Assembly: GCA_031411295.1 (NCBI GenBank)
Contig: JANOAV010000087.1
Location: 64,001 to 128,000, forward strand
Origin: Verrucomicrobiales bacterium
GTDB taxonomy: Bacteria; Verrucomicrobiota; Verrucomicrobiia; Verrucomicrobiales; V1-33
Length of the DNA stretch: 64,000 nucleotides
Direction: 5' to 3'
Below, piece after piece: positions 59,736 to 64,000 of this stretch; the first letter of the stretch is position 1, and every line of letters starts with the position of its first letter. The translations under genes were made by a program, and so were the position numbers. The notes beneath the pieces were generated by a model, which saw only the letters and a list, made by a program, of their open reading frames with translations, was not told the DNA's origin and ran no database searches.

Positions 59736-60521
59736 ATGTCCACTACACTTCGCGCCATCGCGATAGCCGCCCATCCTGACGATATTGAGTATGTCATGGC
59801 TGGCACGTTGCTGGCATTGCAGGCTAAGGGGTGGGAGATTCACTACGTCAATTTGGCGGACGGCTGTTGTGGCAGTCTGCAAATGGGACCGGCAGAAACG
59901 GCCCGGGTCCGCCGCCTGGAGGCCATGCGCGCGGCAGAGATCCTGGGGGCCGGCTTCCACGAGAGCATCGGGCATGACATGGAAATCATCTATAGCGTGG
60001 AACGCGTGCGCCAAGTTGCTGCCATCATTCGCGAGGTGGCTCCGCAGATTGTGCTAACGCACTCACCGCAGGATTACATGGAAGACCACATGGAAACGTG
60101 CCGTCTGGCGGTCTCCGCAGCGTTTACCCATGCCATGCCCAACTTCACCACCGATCCTCCGCGCGCCCCGGCCGCCTTGGACGGATCGGTCGCAGTTTAC
60201 CATGCCATGCCGCATGGCCTGTGCGATGGTCTGCGCCAGCCGATCCAACCGGATTGCTTCGTCGATGTGGCGGAGTTTCATGCCGTCAAACTGGCGGCCC
60301 TGGCGGCCCATCAGAGCCAGCAGCATTGGTTGGAAGCCAGTCAGGGCATGAATTCCTACCTGCAAGCGATGGAAGACATGAGTCGCGAGGTGGGTCGGCG
60401 TTCAGGCAAATTTTCTCTCGCGGAAGGCTGGCGACGGCATTCTCATCTGGGATTCAGTCGGCACGAGTGGGATCCACTCGCGGATGCCTTGGGTCCCCAA
60501 GTTTATTTTCCTAACGCTTAA
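59736..60521 (+). CDS. PIG-L/LmbE-family deacetylase
   Basis: AHPDDIE, RRLEA..AA.ILG, THSPQDYMEDH, ALAAHQSQ. Confidence 0.9.
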   Translation: MSTTLRAIAIAAHPDDIEYVMAGTLLALQAKGWEIHYVNLADGCCGSLQMGPAETARVRRLEAMRAAEILGAGFHESIGHDMEIIYSVERVRQVAAIIREVAPQIVLTHSPQDYMEDHMETCRLAVSAAFTHAMPNFTTDPPRAPAALDGSVAVYHAMPHGLCDGLRQPIQPDCFVDVAEFHAVKLAALAAHQSQQHWLEASQGMNSYLQAMEDMSREVGRRSGKFSLAEGWRRHSHLGFSRHEWDPLADALGPQVYFPNA

Positions 60522-60539
60522 TTTAATCCATCCAAACCT

Positions 60540-61466
60540 ATGCGCAAACTCAGCTCCATTGCCCCCGACTGGTGGGACTACACCACGCTTGATACCTCCA
60601 TCATCCAAGAGGCGGCGGCTCTGACGATGCGGGATGTCGAGCAACTCTCCCGCCCTGGCTTCAAGGTCGTAATGTATGACACCCTGGAAGATTTTTATTG
60701 TGCGGAAGCGCTGGAATACATCGTCGCCTGGCGTCAGGCCACGGCGGACAATCCCGTGGGAGTCTGCGGGCCCATCGGTCCCACCGAACAGTTGCCATTA
60801 GTAGCGCGGATGGTGAATGAACTAGGATTGAAGCTGCACGACGCGCATTTCTGGGGCATGGATGAATGGCATGACGGGGAGAAGGAAACTCCGGTCACCC
60901 ATCCGTTGTCCTTTGAGCGCTGTGATCGGGAAATGTTATTCAATCACATTCATCAGGACCTGATGATGCCGGAAGCCCAGCTGCATTTCCCTAAAGCGGA
61001 TGTTTCCGCCTATCGTCAAAGTTGGGAGGGCGTGCGCTGCGCCCTCATGCAAGGCGGCCAGGGCGAAGTGAAGCACTGGGCCTTCAATGATCCCGTGCGA
61101 CGCACCGGAGCCTATCAAACCGCTCCTCCGACCCCGGCCGAGTATCGCCAACTCGCCACGCGCGTGGTCGATCTGCACCCGGTAACGCTGATGCAGAATG
61201 CCCGCACGTCTGGTGGTGGCAATATCACGATGGTGCCCACGAAAGCCATTACCGTTGGCCCGCAGGAAACTTGGCGGGCGGAGAAAGTCAGCATTTGGCA
61301 AGCCGGAACCCACGATAACCCACTGGGCCAGCGTCTCACCGCGTTGATGATCTCAAAGCATCTGGAAGACTCCGCGGTGCCCATGTCCCTGCTGGCCTCA
61401 CACCCGAACGTGCAGTTCAATTACTTCCGTGGGGGACTGGGATCGTGCTCCACGGAGATGCACTGA
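60540..61466 (+). CDS. Glucosamine-6-phosphate isomerase/deaminase-family protein
   Basis: [50 protein letters not shown]. Confidence 0.75.
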   Translation: MRKLSSIAPDWWDYTTLDTSIIQEAAALTMRDVEQLSRPGFKVVMYDTLEDFYCAEALEYIVAWRQATADNPVGVCGPIGPTEQLPLVARMVNELGLKLHDAHFWGMDEWHDGEKETPVTHPLSFERCDREMLFNHIHQDLMMPEAQLHFPKADVSAYRQSWEGVRCALMQGGQGEVKHWAFNDPVRRTGAYQTAPPTPAEYRQLATRVVDLHPVTLMQNARTSGGGNITMVPTKAITVGPQETWRAEKVSIWQAGTHDNPLGQRLTALMISKHLEDSAVPMSLLASHPNVQFNYFRGGLGSCSTEMH

Positions 61467-61557
61467 GCAGTTTGACTAGGGGAAACGCTGATGCGGCGGA
61501 GCTGACAGTAAATGCTCTGGACGCTGCGCGGGCGGTTGCTTAGACTGGCGGCACCTT

Positions 61558-64000
61558 ATGAAAATCAAACGTTTCCCCCTGGCGGTGGGCTTCTTGGGGC
61601 TGGGATTGCTGTGGTATTTTTGGCCACAGCATTCTAATCAGCCTGAACCCAACGCTGTTTCCACCGCTGCTTGTGCCCGCTGCGGGGCCGCTCCTGCGTC
61701 TCCAGCCATGACTGCGCCAGTTGCGGGAGCGGGTGCGGAGTCCCTCATGGCGGAGTTTCCACGGCCGCTGGAACGTTGGGCCACGACCCCTGCGGAACCG
61801 GCGTTTGCAGCGTTCAAAGCATGGTCGGATCGGTGGTTGAGCGCGTCGCAAGGTTCGGCTGAATTACTGCAGGAAGGCGTGGCCCTGGCGGCCGCGCGCC
61901 AGCGAGCCCTGGCCGATCTCATGCAAGGTCGATCCGAGCGGGCGCTGGAGTTGTCCATCCCCACGGTGGTGGCGAAAAAATTACCGAACGAGGTGCGAGC
62001 CTATTTGGAAGAACCGATCAATGCCCGGGGTAATCTGGAAGTCATTGCCGCGGTTCCGCTCACGGCCAATGCGGACTCGGTAGCCTCCATGGCGCGTCGG
62101 GCCACGATTGAGGGGCGGCAGTTCCACGTCTTCGTAAGTGGAGCGGGCGAGGGTTTCATCACCAAGTCTAACGTGGCGCTGAATGGCATCGCCCTGCCTG
62201 CCAGTGCCGGCACGAATCCGCCGGACCGCTCGATTGTCAGTGCGGAAAATTTACTGGCACTGTCCTCGCAAGTGGCGCGTCGGCTTGATGTGGAGGAGGT
62301 GGATGCAGCCTTGCAGGAGGATGCTGCGGCCCCGGTCTGCCCTACTTCGGAGCAGCCTGTAACCGTGAATCATGAGGCGGATGGATTGCAGATCGGTGGG
62401 GAAATCAAGCTTTACTGCGGGCCGCGTCACGTTATGGCAGCGGCGGCCAGCCTAACGGCGGCGGAAAATTTAACCACTGCCAGCGCGCCCATCGCTGGCG
62501 GCACGGACCCGGGAGTGATTGCAAATTTCGGAACCATCACGAACACCTACACTCAGGGCTACAAGCGGCTGTTGATCCTGCGCGTGGATTTCCCGGATGC
62601 CACAGGCGAAGGCCAGACCATCACGGCGGCGGCGGCCACCACGTTGCTGGCGGATCTGCGATCCTACACGCATTTAATGTCTTATGGCACCCATGAATTG
62701 GCTCCCATGGGGCCGAACGGATCCAACTTCACGCCTGTGTTGCGTATGGGCAGCAATGCTTCCGCCTATGATAATGCGGGCTTGGATAAACTCTACCCGG
62801 AAGCCAAAAGTAAGGCTGCGGCCGCGGGGTTTGATCTCGCCAAGTATGATTGGTTCGGCGTGTTTACCAATGGCAAGCCCGCGGCTGGCTACGCGGGCTT
62901 GGCGTGGGTGGGTGGGGTGGGCTTTCACATGGCCAACGGCTATTTTTCCAAGCACGTGACCACACATGAATTCGGCCATAACCTGGGGTTGCCGCACGCG
63001 CATCGTTGGGACACCACGAACGGCTCCATCATCGGTGGCGGCACCCAGGTGGAATATGGCAATCCCTATGATCCCATTGGGGCCACCTATGATGGCATTC
63101 CAGGCGAGAAACATTATGTGGGAGGTTACAAGAAATATCTTGGTTGGATTCCCGATGCCGATGCTCCTCAAGTCACCAGCGGGCAATATCGGCTGGCCAC
63201 ATCCGACGATGTGCACTCGCTGGGAACGCGTCTGCTGCGAGTGCCGAAGGACTCACGGAAATATTGGATCGAGTATCGGCAGGGTCTCACCGACGCGTTG
63301 CTGAATCGAGCGGTCTTCCTGCAATGGGGCAATACCGATGGGCGGGAGAACAGCATTCTAGATGCGCGTCCGGGCAGCAACGGCACTGCGATCACGATTG
63401 GCAAAACGTTCTCCGATCCTGCGGCCAATGGTGGCGCTGGAATCCATGTCACGCCCATAGGCTTGGCGGGAACCTCTCCCGAGGCAATGGATGTCTATGT
63501 GCAAGTGGGCGTAGCGGCGGGAAATCTACCTCCCACCGCCAGCATCATCGCCAGCACCACGGCAGTGCCCGCCCAGCCCACCGTAGCGCCCTTTCCAGGC
63601 CCGGTAATTTTCTCCGTGGAAGCGACGGATCCCAACAATGACAAGTTGGCCTACGCTTGGGATTTCGGGGACGGCAACATCAGCCTGGATAATCTACCCA
63701 CGCAATCCCACACCTACAGCACCACGGGCGAATACGTGGCGCAGGTTACGGTCAGCGATATGAAGGGTGGAGCCGCACGTGATACGGTGATTATTCGGGT
63801 GGAAAATCCCACGAACTTCCGCATCTCCGGCCGGGTGTTGGATACCACGAACGCTCCCGTGGGAGGCATTCGCCTAACCGCTACCAAAGGCACGGAATCC
63901 CATAGCGTGCATACGGATGGCGATGGCACTTACACCATTCCCAACCTAACTGCAGGGGCTTGGACTGTGACCCCATTTGAAGAAGTGGGCGAACGCTACA
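61558..64000 (+). CDS. Large secreted zinc metallopeptidase-domain protein with PKD and carboxypeptidase-regulatory-like domains, partial
   Basis: Missing from the ORF track (no stop in window). MKIKRFPLAVGFLGLGLLW signal/anchor; HEFGHNLGLPHAH (HExxHxxGxxH, ~62965); EYGNPYDPIG; PKD YAWDFGDG (~63652); ISGRV...TDGDGTYTIPNLTAG. Confidence 0.85.
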   Translation, partial: MKIKRFPLAVGFLGLGLLWYFWPQHSNQPEPNAVSTAACARCGAAPASPAMTAPVAGAGAESLMAEFPRPLERWATTPAEPAFAAFKAWSDRWLSASQGSAELLQEGVALAAARQRALADLMQGRSERALELSIPTVVAKKLPNEVRAYLEEPINARGNLEVIAAVPLTANADSVASMARRATIEGRQFHVFVSGAGEGFITKSNVALNGIALPASAGTNPPDRSIVSAENLLALSSQVARRLDVEEVDAALQEDAAAPVCPTSEQPVTVNHEADGLQIGGEIKLYCGPRHVMAAAASLTAAENLTTASAPIAGGTDPGVIANFGTITNTYTQGYKRLLILRVDFPDATGEGQTITAAAATTLLADLRSYTHLMSYGTHELAPMGPNGSNFTPVLRMGSNASAYDNAGLDKLYPEAKSKAAAAGFDLAKYDWFGVFTNGKPAAGYAGLAWVGGVGFHMANGYFSKHVTTHEFGHNLGLPHAHRWDTTNGSIIGGGTQVEYGNPYDPIGATYDGIPGEKHYVGGYKKYLGWIPDADAPQVTSGQYRLATSDDVHSLGTRLLRVPKDSRKYWIEYRQGLTDALLNRAVFLQWGNTDGRENSILDARPGSNGTAITIGKTFSDPAANGGAGIHVTPIGLAGTSPEAMDVYVQVGVAAGNLPPTASIIASTTAVPAQPTVAPFPGPVIFSVEATDPNNDKLAYAWDFGDGNISLDNLPTQSHTYSTTGEYVAQVTVSDMKGGAARDTVIIRVENPTNFRISGRVLDTTNAPVGGIRLTATKGTESHSVHTDGDGTYTIPNLTAGAWTVTPFEEVGERY

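Noticed and set aside
61540..63929. Short ORFs in the last 2.4 kb
   Set aside because: Explained by the single plus-strand frame from 61558 that runs off the window.

Overview
64-kb bacterial chromosome segment, most likely from a Verrucomicrobiota (PVC) organism; this is inferred from protein style and gene content and was not checked against a database. The core is secE-nusG-rplK-rplA-rplJ-rplL-rpoB-rpoC (22908-34963). A ~10.8-kb accessory island follows rpoC and is bounded by a 311-bp direct repeat of the rpoC 3' end (34694-35004 / 45539-45849) that has 7 differences, all synonymous. The island has no integrase and carries a six-gene defence-like cassette: PLD-SNF2 helicase, Eco57I/type IIG-like adenine MTase, ABC/AAA ATPase, TOPRIM-like DUF4276-type protein, YwgA-like protein and a DUF3293-DprA/SLOG fusion. 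Left arm: a Cys-rich YD/RHS-repeat protein running off the window with an odd ~165-aa short-motif insert, gspG-H-I-J-K-like pseudopilins, a Y1 (RAYT-like) transposase, a Lon-type protease domain protein, an FHA protein, a PPTase, a GHMP kinase, a GNAT, hscB-hscA, a coiled-coil protein and a decayed HNH/toxin-antitoxin patch. Right arm: aroK, birA, a sensor-less histidine kinase-like protein, recO, a SWIM-SNF2 helicase, blaI plus a frameshifted BlaR1/M56-SLBB mosaic, a beta-propeller protein, hrpB, a PIG-L deacetylase, a GlcN6P isomerase-family protein and a secreted metallopeptidase/PKD protein running off the window. Several structured intergenic elements occur in the rpl-rpo operon. No rRNA, tRNA or CRISPR array was found. 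All calls are from manual motif reading; no searches were run.
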